In this document: positions 63,534 to 64,000 of the stretch, piece after piece
Layout: every line of letters starts with the position of its first letter
Position numbering within the stretch: position 1 is the first letter of the stretch
From: Armatimonadota bacterium
GTDB lineage: Bacteria; Armatimonadota; Fimbriimonadia; Fimbriimonadales; GBS-DC
DNA length: 64,000 bases
Reading direction: 5' to 3'
NCBI GenBank assembly: GCA_037444405.1
Contig: JBBIML010000007.1
Span: 32,001 to 96,000 of the forward strand
Position numbers and translations under genes: made by a program
Notes under the pieces: generated by a model
What the model was told of the DNA's origin: nothing
Database searches by the model: none
Seen by the model: the letters and a program-made list of their open reading frames with translations, nothing else

Positions 63534-63573
63534 TCTGCGCGGAAGCTTCGCTTCCGCAGTCCATGCTGAGGCG

Positions 63574-64000
63574 ATGGCGTTAGATACGCAGTGGCTGTGG
63601 GCGTTTCTGGTGGCATTTGTGCGGGCGTCGGCGTTGAGCCTGCAGGCGCCCGTGTTCGGCAGTCGGCTCGTGCCTGTGCCGGTGCGCATCGGGCTATCAG
63701 CGGTGCTGGCGCTGGGGCTGGCGCCGATGCTGCGCACCACCGTCGGCGCACCACCCACCGACTGGATACCCCTGCTGACGCGCCTCGTGTCGGAAGCCTT
63801 AATCGGGCTGGTGATGGGCTACGGGGTGAGCCTGATTATCGGCGCGGCGGCGATGGCGGGCGAGCTGCTCGATATGAAGATGGGCTTCGGGCTGATGCAA
63901 CTGCTGAACCCCGTCAGCAGTTTCCCGGCCTCGCTGCTGGCGCAGTTCCACTATCTGCTGGCGATGGTGCTGTTCGCGCTGGTGGATGGACATCACCTGC
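63574..64000 (+). CDS. fliR: Flagellar export protein FliR (partial)
   Basis: Manual translation FVRAS..APVFGSRLVP..EALIGLVMG..AGELLDMKMGF..NP..DGHHL. Confidence 0.92.
   Translation, partial: MALDTQWLWAFLVAFVRASALSLQAPVFGSRLVPVPVRIGLSAVLALGLAPMLRTTVGAPPTDWIPLLTRLVSEALIGLVMGYGVSLIIGAAAMAGELLDMKMGFGLMQLLNPVSSFPASLLAQFHYLLAMVLFALVDGHHL

Overview
GC-rich bacterial chromosome segment; gene content and style suggest a thermophilic Armatimonadota-like organism (inference, not checked by search). Most of it is housekeeping genes (pyrG, pdxH, mrp, PGM/PMM, acyl-CoA ligase/dehydrogenase, thiE, rpsU-HD-ybeY-dgkA-hemolysin, ABC efflux, gltX, argF, fliQ/fliR). A complete minus-strand rRNA operon (16S-tRNA-Ile-tRNA-Ala-23S-5S) sits in the middle. 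Main findings: (1) A ~7.7 kb integrase-less island (type III R-M plus an FHA protein) is bounded by an exact 81-bp direct repeat of the 5S rRNA 3' end plus rrn terminator, i.e. apparent integration into 5S rRNA. (2) The 23S gene carries three group I introns (E. coli positions ~L1931, L2262, L2604), each with a LAGLIDADG endonuclease. One appears to end in A instead of the canonical omega-G, and one endonuclease ORF only stops in the downstream exon. (3) The 23S L1-stalk helix 78 is collapsed to a UUCG mini-hairpin. (4) A sigma factor gene is thrown out of frame by a G9 tract (candidate phase-variation switch) and heads a low-GC cassette of two unknown exported proteins next to a MITE-like element. 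Also seen: a decaying FIST/hybrid kinase pair, a candidate anti-SD sRNA, REP-like palindromes inside coding sequence, a double pseudo-Fic protein, and a pervasive GG-TAnnnT promoter signature with likely leaderless genes.
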